A stretch of 64,000 nucleotides of DNA from Camelus ferus. Taxonomy: Eukaryota. Positions within the stretch are counted from its first letter, which is position 1. Every line of letters begins with the position of its first letter. The stretch is taken from NCBI RefSeq assembly GCF_009834535.1, contig NC_045704.1, forward strand, positions 18,600,001 through 18,664,000, written 5' to 3'. The translations under genes and the position numbers were made by a program. The notes beneath the pieces are model-generated. The model did not search any database, had not been told where the DNA came from, and saw only the letters and a list, made by a program, of their open reading frames with translations. This document shows, in pieces, positions 1 to 28,149 of this stretch.

Positions 1-147
1 TGCTGGAGACCTGGCCCCAGAACCCCCTGACTCTGGACCCTACATGAGTCAGAGCCCCCAGGGCTGGGCAGGGGTCAGGGGTGAGGGAGGGTGCCACAGG
101 CAGGAAAGAGGAGATGTCAGGATATGGGAGGAGGATCAGGGAATCAC

Positions 148-278
148 NNNNNNNNNNNNNNNNNNNNNNNNNNNNNNNNNNNNNNNNNNNNNNNNNNNNN
201 NNNNNNNNNNNNNNNNNNNNNNNNNNNNNNNNNNNNNNNNNNNNNNNNNNNNNNNNNNNNNNNNNNNNNNNNNNNNNN
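148..278. other. N-run (131 nt) in a SUPT5H intron; probably hides the next short SUPT5H exon
   Basis: Ns seen directly. The exon expected after ...DILEK is not found in visible sequence 279-748. Confidence 0.6.
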
Positions 279-748
279 TTATAGCAGCGAAATCAACCAA
301 TGGGTTGGGGGAAGGGGAAGGGGGGGACACAGGAAGGTTGAAAATCAAAAGTAAAGGCCAGGCACTAGGTGGTTGGGGGAGAAGCCGAAATGTATGAGGC
401 GCACAGAACGGAAAATAACAGGGAAGGGGTGGCACTGGCCCAGGAAGTGGGGGGTATCTTGGGACAGAGCCCACCCACCCCACAACCCCCAGAACGGATT
501 CACCGGGGCCCTGAGATCCCAGAGTCCTCGCTCTCCCCACACCCACTACCACACGCCCCACCCCGCCCCCCACTCATGGGCCTAAAAGGAAAAGGGTGCG
601 GAGCTGGTCTCTCTGGCAACGACAGAAAGAAGCGAGGTGAGGAGGGTGTGCGTTGGGGTGGTACAGGGCATGGGAGTGGGGGACGGGCTCTCGAGACCCT
701 CTTGGCCACACCCCCAGTGGTTTTGCAGAGGCGGAGGCCCCCACGCAC

Positions 749-7282
<6,534 letters not shown>

Positions 7283-7379
7283 CTTCTGCTCGCAAGAAAA
7301 GACGGCGGCCTCAGCGCGTCCCCAACGTCTGAGGCTTAGTTTCCCCTCCGGTTCCCCAGGAGAAAAGAAAAAAAAAAAA

Positions 7380-7700
7380 ACTTGGCGCACTTCCGGCAGC
7401 CTCGTTATGGCAACTGTGAACCCAAAAGGAGACCTCCTATGCCACCTGCTATACCTCCCGAATCCCCGAAGCCGGCCTCTACACCTCCTTGGCCCTCCGC
7501 GACCCCCGGGTCTGTCACCTCGGCGGCCAACCCACCCCCTCACCGCTCCGGTTCCACTTCCACCTTCGGTACCAGCTGCTGTTCACACGACGCCTGGCTG
7601 GGACTGACGTGACCTCTCGCGAGAGCCTACCCCATTAGCCCCGCCTATCGCGAGACTTCCGGGGCTTGTACCCGGGATGCACGGTCAGGGCGCCATCTTG
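7380..7700 (-). promoter_or_regulatory. SUPT5H: SUPT5H CpG-island promoter and probable non-coding first exon (donor after 7544)
   Basis: CG-rich. TGACGT at 7605-7610; TCTCGCGAGA palindrome at 7615-7624 with a second copy TATCGCGAGA at 7646-7655; ETS CTTCCGG at 7656-7662; YY1-type GCGCCATCTT at 7690-7699; RFX-like GTTATGGCAAC near 7404; minus-strand donor GCG|GTGAGG at 7544/7543. Confidence 0.8.
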
Positions 7701-8547
7701 AGAGTGGCAGAATTGTCTTAAAGTAGAGTGTGGAGTCGACATCTTGAGAGGGTCGAAGATGCGGAAAAAGGGCAAAGTGTTTTAATACCCTGGGACCGGA
7801 TTTTTCCAGCCAGAAACTCGCGCTTGAATTTAGTCCATTTCACTAATCAAATAATTCAGACTTTATCTTACAGCCCCTCTGACACATTGGTAGGAGGTAG
7901 GTACCCCCGTTCTGCAGACGAGAAACCCGAAATTCAGAAAAAGAAACTCTGTAATTGGTAAGTGGTAGACCCAAGACTACTCCCAAGTTTGGGTGACCCT
8001 TGTTTTCCATTGCAATCTCCCTAAATTGATTTAAATGTGAGTTTACTAGTGATTATTTGTCAGAGAGGTGGCAAAGGGAACCAGGCATGAGAGAGAAATA
8101 TGGAAAATTAACCTGATGGAGGAAAATAAATCAGAAGCTTTTAGAACACATAGAACAAAATTTCCCACATAAGCACTGACACACCTGGGTTCAATTTAAA
8201 GAAATTTAATAAGACACCTAGTTAGTTACAGAGGAATGTGGTGCTGTTGGGCTGGCAGCAGGCTCACAACACATCTACCAGGGAATGAGTATACACCACA
8301 GCTTCATCTCTCCATAAGCACACACTCTCCCTTCCACCCCTAAACTGAAGCCAAAACAGATTAGGGAAGGGGTTGGTACTCTATAGAAATGTTTCCTCTT
8401 CTACAAGCTTTGTTCCTTTAAATAGCAGCTGTTTAAAACAGGATTCCCTATAAAAATGCCTCTTGACACTTCTGCAGGAAGGCATTTACTCCAGGAAAGA
8501 GAGGGAACCGTCATTTTCTCTCCACAGAGATCTCTTCTTTGGCATAG

Positions 8548-9130
8548 CAGTGGTTCTCAACTCTCAACCTGGCAGCACATCAGAATATTTGAGAAGATAA
8601 GAGAGAGAGATGCATAATAGTCTCAAACTGGACAGAACCCAATGTCCATCATGAGGAGAAGGAATAAACAAGTTGCAGTACATACATGTGATGGAATAGT
8701 AACAAACTATTGATACACACATGAATGAATCTCAAAAACATTAGCTGAGTGAAAGAAGCTAGACACTAGCATATTCCATTCATATGAAATTCTAGAACAG
8801 GCAAAACTAATCTATACAAGCAAAAAGCAGATTAGTGGGTGTCTAGGACTAGAGATGGACATTGACTGGGAAAAGGCATAAAGGGATGCTTTGAGGTGAT
8901 GTAAATGTGGTAGAGTATGATACATTTGTCAGAATTTGTTGAAATGTACACTTCAAATGGGTGCCTTTTACTGTATGTAAATTATTCCCCAATAAAGTTG
9001 ACTTTAAAAATATAGATATTCAGGATCCACCAGAGACCAATTATCAAATTATCTGGACTGGGGCTTGGCCATCAGCATTACTTAAACATTCTCCAAGTGG
9101 TGATTATTTGCAGCCAGGGATGTGAGCCAC
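8548..9130. mobile_element. hAT-Charlie MER5A1-like MITE split by an L1 3'-end insertion (about 8611-9010)
   Basis: cagtggttctcaa...ctggcagcacatcagaat at 8548-8586, resuming at about 9010 (ccagagaccaattatcaaa...tgcagccaggg). The intervening sequence is a typical old L1M 3' UTR ending caataaagttgactttaaaaa. Confidence 0.7.
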
Positions 9131-9489
9131 AAGAATCTCCCTGTCCTCAAGGGATGGGGATGAGGTTAGAGACACATGTGCAATGCTTTGTCCCTTCCTG
9201 GAAGAGGAGAGAGGAGGGAGTATCTGAAAAAGACGGAGAACAATGAGGGCAGGTGGGGGCAATTTATCCAACCCTCTGCCCCAGTAGGTTGGAGACTTCA
9301 GGCTTCAGGTCTCACCCTTTTTTTTTTCCTCCTTCTCTCCTCTTCTCCTGGTTCCTGAGGCTCCAGGTGGGGTCCTCTGGCCTAGGAGGAGAAGGCTTAG
9401 GTTGGGAGCTGGGGCTGGAGACCAGGTCTCCTCTCCATCTCTCCACTCAGCCTCTCCAGGAGTACCAGAGAGTCTGTGTCCTCCCAGTC

Positions 9490-10718
9490 TCATGCTGAGG
9501 GCAGATGCCGAGCACAAGCCCCCTGTAATAACTCCAAGAGTTTGGCCAAAAAGAGAGGGACAGGTCTCTGCAGGTGTCCTTCACAGGGTGGACAGGGGCC
9601 CTGGCCAGTTACCCACAGCCGGGACCCCAGGGCATCCAGTAGGCGCTGTAGCCGGAACACGGCAGTCCCCACGGATGGGCCCTCTTCAAACCCAATCACA
9701 GACAGCTCCAGCCAGAAGCAGCCTAGAGTCTCAGCAGGACACACCTACGGGGACAGAGTGATCTGGTATGTTTGGGCAAGGGACTGATCCCAAATCCTCA
9801 CCCTCACAATTTCTGACTTGTGACCTGGATCATGCCTCTTTGCCTCTCTGGGCATCAGTTTCCCCATCTATAAATTGGAGCTCTTAATAATGCCCACCTT
9901 CAAGTCTGACTCTAGTGCTCCTGTGTGAGTTAGAAAAAGACACTCCTTCCTTAAAACACTTCTAAGTGCTGATTTTGTTAAAACAAGGTACTTTATTGCC
10001 ATCTGCCAGAAGTTGACAAGTATAGATGTGATGGAAATGATGAGAATACTGTCCTTGTAGATGTGGGACCCTTGTGCAGTGTACAACCTTCACATCCATA
10101 CATGACGGTTCTATTTACCTCATAGGGTCAGTGTGAAGAGTCAGTAAGCTAATACACTTAAAGCATTTAGACCAGAACATGGCACAGAGTGAGCACTATT
10201 TCAGTATAGCTGTAATCATCATCACCCTTTGTTGTTATTATGTGCCAGTCACTGTTTGAGGTGTTGGAGACAGCAGTGAATAAATTATATCTGTCAAGGC
10301 TAGGGGTGGGTCAGGGACCAGCCAGTCAGAACATCAGCCCGCCTGCATCCTGTTCTCAACATGTACGTGTTCTAAGCCTAGTGGATTCTTCCTAAACTTT
10401 CAACTTCAGTAAGGAGCTAATGAAATACTCACTGAGAGATCATCTAGGGTGTAGAGAGTGCCATCATTTTTGTTCCCCTTCAATTGTGGGGTAGGGAGGA
10501 AAATCAGACCTTGGAAGGGGAGAGCCTGACCCTTTCTTGAATGTGCCCCCCATCCCACTCCCTCAACTAGCCTGCCCCTGTCTGCTGGCTCTTCCCTCCC
10601 TCCTCACCAGCATCTTCATGATGGCAATGAGGAAGTAGAAACACTCCCGTGGGCAGAGGGGTGGTCCCAGGCTCCCCAAGGGTGGCACCAGCAGGAGGAT
10701 GGTTCGGAGAGGCCACAT
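9490..10718 (-). CDS. IL15L: Interleukin-15-like cytokine, intact 136-aa ORF. Coding exons 10718-10608 (111 nt), 10477-10433 (45 nt), 9744-9490 (255 nt)
   Basis: Spliced protein MWPLRTILLLVPPLGSLGPPLCPRECFYFLIAIMKML|GNKNDGTLYTLDDLS|VCPAETLGCFWLELSVIGFEEGPSVGTAVFRLQRLLDALGSRLWVTGQGPCPPCEGHLQRPVPLFLAKLLELLQGACARHLPSA*. It has a hydrophobic signal peptide, phase-0 introns with GT-AG boundaries, and IL-15 motifs (DGTLYT vs DATLYT; CFWLELSVIGFE vs CFLLELQVISLE; CPPCE vs CKECE; helix-D Gln). The position next to SUPT5H fits the described mammalian IL15L locus. Confidence 0.93.
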
Positions 10719-11459
10719 GGGCACACTGTCCACCCCCAGACTTTCTCTGGTTCTGGCCCGGGGTCCTGGAAACAAGAGGTACAGAGAGAGGGAGCAAGTT
10801 GGAAGGCTGAAGTGGGTAAGGGGAACTGCCTCCCAGCTCTACTCAATCCACAGATATGCAGGAAATTGACTCCAGGAGGCTGGGGGAGACGGTGACCCTA
10901 GAGTAGCGAGGGCCAAGGTCAGAGGGCTCCCAGACCCTCTCCCCCCTCCAAGATACCAGACTTAGCAAGGCTGTGAGGATCAGCCTGGAAAGACTGGTGA
11001 GTTTAGAAGCTTCTTCTGCCCCCTAAACAGGCCCATAAGGCAATACAAAGTGTGTGAGAGTGTGTGCTTCTGTGGCCTGTCTTCTCATTGGAAAATGCCA
11101 GTGTTAACACTTTCTCTGTGTCTGCAGGTGCATATTTGGGAGTCTCTGCTCTTTCTACTTCCATTTCTGTCTCAAGTGTCTTGGAATCTTAGTGCCTGCC
11201 TGTACCTGTCTGTCTTCTCTTTCTCTGAGGGTTGGCCTCTCTGCCTCTGAATCTCGGTCGCCTGTGTTTTCTGGCTCCATCTCTGTCTGACCCAGTGTCT
11301 CTCTTCTTTCTCCTCTTCTCCATTGGCCCTGTCTTTGCCTTCTCCTCCATGTGTGCCTGTCTCTCTCCTGTGCTGGGTATCTGTCTGTGTGTCCCTCTAG
11401 GTCAGCCTCTGGATGCTACCGTTCCTCCCTCCCCTGCCCCTCGCCCCTTTCCCTCTCAC

Positions 11460-11623
11460 CCTTTTGGAGCTGGACTCTGAGCTGGAGGATCCTCCTCTGG
11501 ACCCAGACCTGTCCACCAATCTCCACCCTGTCTCCGCCCTCCAGGCATAGGTGAACCAATACACCTGTTTGAACCTTGGACCCCAGACCCAGTGCTGCCA
11601 GACAAACAGGTCTCCCTGCAGCC
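11460..11623 (-). other. IL15L: Probable 5' exon of IL15L (164 nt) carrying an upstream AUG at 11548
   Basis: Acceptor cttcctctcag| before 11623 and donor AAAAGG|GTGAGA after 11460. The next exon has a strong acceptor ctctctctgtacctcttgtttccag| before 10765. Confidence 0.65.
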
Positions 11624-11689
11624 CTGAGAGGAAGCTCTTGGCTGGGAAGGAAGCATCCTGAGTGGCGGGGAGCTTGAGGGCTACCCAAT

Positions 11690-12400
11690 CCTGAGGTTCC
11701 TGGGGATAGAGAATTCTGTAGGGAGGGGCCTAGAGAGGAGGGTGATTTGGGGGACTCTGGAGAAAGAGGGGTCCTAGGATATGGACCCTTAAAAGGGGGG
11801 TTTAGAGGAAGGGTTTCCAAGGAATGAGGGATTCTAGTAGGGAGACGAATTTCAGGGAAGACACTTTCTGGGGAGAGGAGACTGAAGGGCAGAAAATTCT
11901 TGGGAAAGGTAGATTTTGAGAGAGGGGGCTCTGAAAAGGATGAGGATTTTCTGCAAGGGGATTCTAGGGGAGCAGTTCTGGGAAAAGTGGATTGAGGGGA
12001 GAGGGAGATTCTGAAAGAGGAGGATTCTGGGGGCCGTGGGTCCTGAGGAAAGATTCTGGGGAAAATTATAGGGGGGAGGACCCCGAGTGAAGGGGGATTC
12101 AGGAAAGAGGGAGTCTAGGGTGAGGGCTCTGAGGTGGGGGATTTGGGAGTGGGTTTCCCAGAGAAGAATTCTGGGAGGCGGAGACTCTAAAAGTAAGGAA
12201 ATTCTCGTGAAAGCTAGATTCTGGTGGAGGGGGCTCTAAGTGAAAAAGGATTCTGTGGGAAGACTCGAAGAGGTGGGCTCTAGGAGGTAGGGATATTCTG
12301 AATTCTGCCAGATTTCTTGCTGTGGGTTCTGGAGGGATGATTCTGATGGAGGAGGATTTGGGGAGGAAGATTGCCGTTGATGAGACGGTAAGACTGGATC
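11690..12400. repeat. Degenerate purine-rich array with a recurring (G/A)ATTCT core
   Basis: About 14 ATTCT cores plus GGCTCT/GTCCT variants separated by G/A-rich spacers of roughly 15-40 nt. Confidence 0.6.
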
Positions 12401-12499
12401 TTTAGAAAAAGGAGCGACTCGCTTGGGATTGGGAGCGGAGGCATATAATTAAAGAGCCCAAATGCAAATAAGAACTGGAGGTGACCAATGAGGACCAAG

Positions 12500-15135
<2,636 letters not shown>

Positions 15136-15599
15136 GCCCATCGTGAAGATCCGGGTTCACCTTTATAATAAAGATGGTTGTGTGATTAAAGGTTTCAAGG
15201 GCTATGCTGTGGTCTTGTGTGGTGTGTCTTTGGCTAAAAGGAGTGCAAGAAACTACCCCAGCTCACTGCTAGTCTGGGTTTTGAGCCTTTCTAGAAGCTG
15301 TGACTCTGGAGTTAGGGTAGATAGGTGGGAGCAGACCTGGTCTGTTTCCCTGTGTCTCCAGTAGAGTCCAGTGTGAGGGCATAGGGGATAGGGGCTTGCC
15401 ATTGGTCATGTGGGGTATCCTTGTGGTTTGTCTTTTTTTTTCCTTTCAGTCCTTTTGTTGCTATTTTAATGACATGCAGAGAAGAGCAGGGGAAATGTGT
15501 GAGAGAATAATCTTTAACACAGAGTGAGGAGAACTGCCTGGAGTCTGAAGTCAGCAGCTAAGGGCCATCCGTGCCAATGTTGGGAGAGGAAGTTTTCTT

Positions 15600-15736
15600 T
15601 TTTTTAAAGTTTTTTTTGGTGGGATAATTAGGTTTATCTTTATATTTTTTTAAGTGGAGTTACTGGGAATTGAACCCAGGACCTCATGCTTGCTAAGCAC
15701 ACACTCTACCACTTGGGCCATACCCTCCCCCCAGAA
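15600..15736 (-). mobile_element. tRNA-derived SINE (camelid type) with 13-bp TSD
   Basis: Same family as 1785-1900. TSD aggaagttttctt at 15587-15599 and 15737-15749. Confidence 0.88.
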
Positions 15737-17099
15737 AGGAAGTTTTCTTAATCCCAACCTGTAGTGTAGATAGGACTGAGAGCTGTGGGGGTGGGAGGGC
15801 TGTAAGCCCCTTGTGGATGATACCCCCTGACTGGTTTCACCTTCAGGATATCAATAGTAACTCCTGGGAAAACCACCTGCCCCCATGGCCTCCTTAAAGC
15901 AGGTCCCAGTTATGGTCAGGGTGGTAACTGTCCTTATGGGCCTGAGGACGGGCTTATTTGTTGTGTCTGCCATGTGGTAAGAGCTGACATATAGCAGGCT
16001 CTCAGTTGCTACCACTGGACTGTGCAGATGATAGAGCATTTCCATCGTGGAAGAAAGTTCTGTGGGATGGCGCTGGTATATGTATAGGGGAGTGAAGTAT
16101 TGCTTGTGGATCACGTTGCCTTCAGTTTCTTTCCTCATTTTTATAGGAAGCTAGTGAGCATCAGTCGAGTGACGCGGGCGGGGGGAGGCGTCTGTGTGTC
16201 CCATACCAGCCTTTGCACCCACCCTGGACACAGCCATCTGCCCCCCAGTGGGGTAGGTTCCACACTACTCCCCGTGCTGGGAATGCCAACAGGAACTTCA
16301 TTACACACTCGAATGTTGATCAAGGGAGTTTCACCAATTTTCTTTATAAAAGAAGGAACTTACGGTTTACTGATTCACTGCCCATTGTGTGTATCTGCCC
16401 TACCTGATAGAGTAGGCACGTGTAGGGGCTGCACAGATGAGGATGTTGCTGTGGTCAAGGAAGGTTCCACGGGAGGCACTGATGTACAGGGAATGCCTAC
16501 AGATAAAGTGCTTACAGATGGAGAGTGGGTTGACTGGGCTCTAACAAGATGCCAGGCTAAGCACTGTCGGACTTAATAGTCCCGTGAGGCTTCTTGTTAG
16601 CGGGGGAGAAAGTTCAGCCTGGTGGCAAAATAACCACCACACCAAGTTTTGCACTGGAGCTGGAGTTAACTCGGGTTAAATGAGGTTGGCTGGCATTAAC
16701 CCAAACATCCCAAGGAGGGCAGAAGTGTCCCAAAGGCGGCAGTGGGCAGCCGCCCTTACTTACCCTTTCCAAGCCTGTCTTAACTGTAGCTCTAAAGACC
16801 AAGCTTACAAAAGGCAGGCTGTGGTAGAGCAGCCAGAAACGTCTTCCTGAGGAGGCGTTGGAACTGGGGCCATGAAGCAGAGGTAGGAGTCGGGCTGGCT
16901 GGCGGGAGGAATGGAATTTAAGGGCAGGGACCAGGGGGAGGGGTTGAGGCAAAATGAGTGCCCATGGTTTTCCCACAGGGTCCAGAGACCCCCTTATGGA
17001 GGCTTCTGGCTCCCTCCCCGAGGCACAGCTGGGACACATCCGGAGAGTCCGAGGGGGCTTGCCTCGCCTTCTCACTCCAGGCCTTGGAGTAGACAGTCC

Positions 17100-17340
17100 C
17101 CTTCTCCCTCCCGGCCGCCTCCTTAAATACCGGGAATTCCGGCGCCGCTGGGAGCCCAGGCTGGGCTGGGAACTTTCCTTCAGCTGGGAATGTGCAGCTG
17201 GGGGTGTCTGGGAATGTGCAGCTAGGGGTGGAGGCGGGGAGGGCCAGCCTCAGCCCTGACCTCCGGAGGCTGCAGTGGAGCAGGTCCAGGCTGCAGAGCC
17301 CGACTGGGCCCGGGCCCTGGTGTGTGACGTGGTAAACACC
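17100..17340. promoter_or_regulatory. Candidate enhancer with kB-like, TGGGAATGT, CRE-half and FOX motifs
   Basis: GGGAATTCC at 17132-17140; GGGAACTTTCC at 17168-17178; CTGGGAATGTGCAGCT twice (17184-17199, 17208-17223); TGACGT at 17325-17330; GTAAACA at 17332-17338; local CpG enrichment. Confidence 0.45.
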
Positions 17341-17539
17341 CAATAACTGAACAGAAGCCAGCTACTAACGTTGAGCCAGGCCTTGCTCTTTTACCCAGCT
17401 AATTAATCAACTACCTAGGGCCTTGGGAGCACAGGGCTGCAAGTCTTAAGTGGGCAAGGAATTGTTCTCTGTTGTGCTCTCCCAGTGGCAAGAACAGTGC
17501 CTGACACAGGACAGACACTCAAGTAAGTGGAGACTCAGG

Positions 17540-17740
17540 CTTGGCTGCGTGGATGAGCCCCAGCTCTGCTCCTTCCCACCTGTGTGACTGGGCAAGTGAG
17601 TCCCTTGTCCTCTCTGTGCCTCAGTTTCCTCATCTCTAAAGTGGAGATTAAAAGCCATCCTCACTTGCCATTTAGGGATATTGTGAGGACTCAGAGAATG
17701 AGCTTCAAATAAAGTGACTAATGCTTGGGGTATGCAGTTA
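17540..17740. mobile_element. MIR SINE fragment
   Basis: tgtgactgggcaagtgagt...ctctgtgcctcagtttcctcatctctaaagtggagat is the MIR core. Confidence 0.7.
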
Positions 17741-18459
17741 GTACTCAATAACAGCATTTTTTTGCTGTTAACTGATTGTTAAAATTTCAGATTCTTAGGG
17801 TCCTGCCTTGGAGGTTCTGATTCCATGGGCTGGGACATCTGTGATTTGAACAGTGCCCTAGTGAGTCAGGCTCAAACACTTGGGAAGTGAGGATATACTC
17901 AGGGAATCTTTACAACAATCCTACACGGCAGATACTGCCATCCTCATTGTACAGATGAGGAAACTCAGGCTCGGAGGGGAGGGAAGTTACACACCAAGTC
18001 CTAGAAAAGTTGGGACTTGAACTCAGCCATAATGCTATGGTGTCTCCTCAGAATGCCAGGGAAGATCCTGAGATGATGTGCTAAATCACAACACGTTAAG
18101 TGTTCAACGAAAGAAGCTAATCTTACTGAAGAAACTGCTTTAACTGTGCTTTTCATTGGCCACTGCTGGGAGTGGGAGAGAACGATCTTAATATAAAAGC
18201 CTTTGTTTGTCTCTAAGACCTGAATTACTTTTGGGGGGTGGGGCACACTGAGGTACTGTAGAGGTCCCAAACTAGAGATGGAGTAAAGAGATCTGATGTG
18301 TGTGCGGGTAGGTCCAAGAACTGCAATACTCAGGAGGGTGGAGAGTGGTTGCTAAGAGCAGTAAGACAGATGTGGGGCATTTTTCCCAGAATCCCAAACT
18401 TGATCCATTTTGGCGTTAGCATGGAACTGTCTCTGAAGTTTTGCAGTACCAAGACCCAG

Positions 18460-19000
18460 AAGAACCTAATTAATGAGGAATGGATAGAGAGAGTAAAGGG
18501 GGTGGAAGGATAGTGGTACAGATGGTGGTAGGATGGTTGGCTTGAAGGGTTAGGAGATGGCTGAGTGATGAGAAGCATGAATGAACGGACAGAGATGGAA
18601 ATATGGAGGAACAAATGGATGAATGGAGAGTTGGTTGGAGAAGATGGACAGGTGGGATAGTAGATGGATGAATGGACTGATGAAGAAATGGATGCTAGAT
18701 GGGAGTTTGGATGAGGGGTGAATAGGGTAGAGATGGCTGAGTAAAGCAAGACATGGGTGGGGGTGTGGGGGTACATCCCAGTGGTAGAGTACATGCTTGA
18801 TGTACACAAGATCCTGGGTTTTATCCCCAGTGCCTCCCTTAAGGGAGGGAAAAAAAGACACATGGGTGGGATGAAGAATTAGAAGACACACAGAGAGGAA
18901 GAGAGAGAGATGGAGAGACAGTTAAATGAATAGGTAGAGATGGCTGAGCAGATGAGATGAATGGATGATGGTGGGACCCATGAACTAGATAAATTGCTGA
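18460..19000. repeat. Degenerate (GGAT/GAAT)n simple repeat with an inserted SINE copy at about 18762-18858
   Basis: gatggatgaatgga runs. SINE ...cagtggtagagtacatgcttgatgtacacaagatcctggg... flanked by agacatgggtggg / agacacatgggtggg. Confidence 0.7.
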
Positions 19001-19468
19001 CGGAATGAATTTCTAGGGGTCTGCTTGGAACAAAGCATCTTAACTTGGCTGTCCTGGATGGGCACCAAACAGTTCATTAACCCTCTGAAATCATACACCA
19101 AATTGCAATGGGTCCAGTTTCCAATAATTCTCAAAGGTGTCTGCGATTCCCCAAATTTTCAGAATGACTGATTCGTGCTGCAATTCCTTTCCATTCATTG
19201 TTGTCTTCTATCATCCCCCACTGCCTCCAGAATGGGAAAGACACATAATTTCAAAATATTAATAAACAAAATATTAATGACATCCCCTTTCCCATCCCTG
19301 TTGGGTTAATCCAGATAAGTAATAAGGACCATTCGCCAAGGAGCTGGGGAGTTGGAAAGTTGCAGCAATTTTCAGACGTGTGTTCAGTGTCTGGACTTCT
19401 AGGTGAATTCTGAGGGTCTGTGGCATCTAGTTGAAGTCTTTGCTTTTCAAGAAGCCCAACATCCTGGC

Positions 19469-27938
<8,470 letters not shown>

Positions 27939-28149
27939 GGCTGAGTGGATCCGCAGCTTCTGCAGAAAGACCCCCTTCTTGGATATCAGGACCCCATAAG
28001 CCTCCTTGCCCCCCCCCCCCGACTAGGGGCTGAGAACTAGGAGTGTGGTCTAAATCCAGGGAGGGGGTCCTGGGAGTAACTAAAAAGGGAGACAGAGACA
28101 AAGTGACAGAAGGAAAGGGACAAGGAGCTTTAACACTGAAAAAAGATGG

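Noticed and set aside
10020-10110. Possible IL15L middle exon
   Set aside because: Repeat-like sequence with no cytokine motif; the real 45-nt exon is at 10477-10433.
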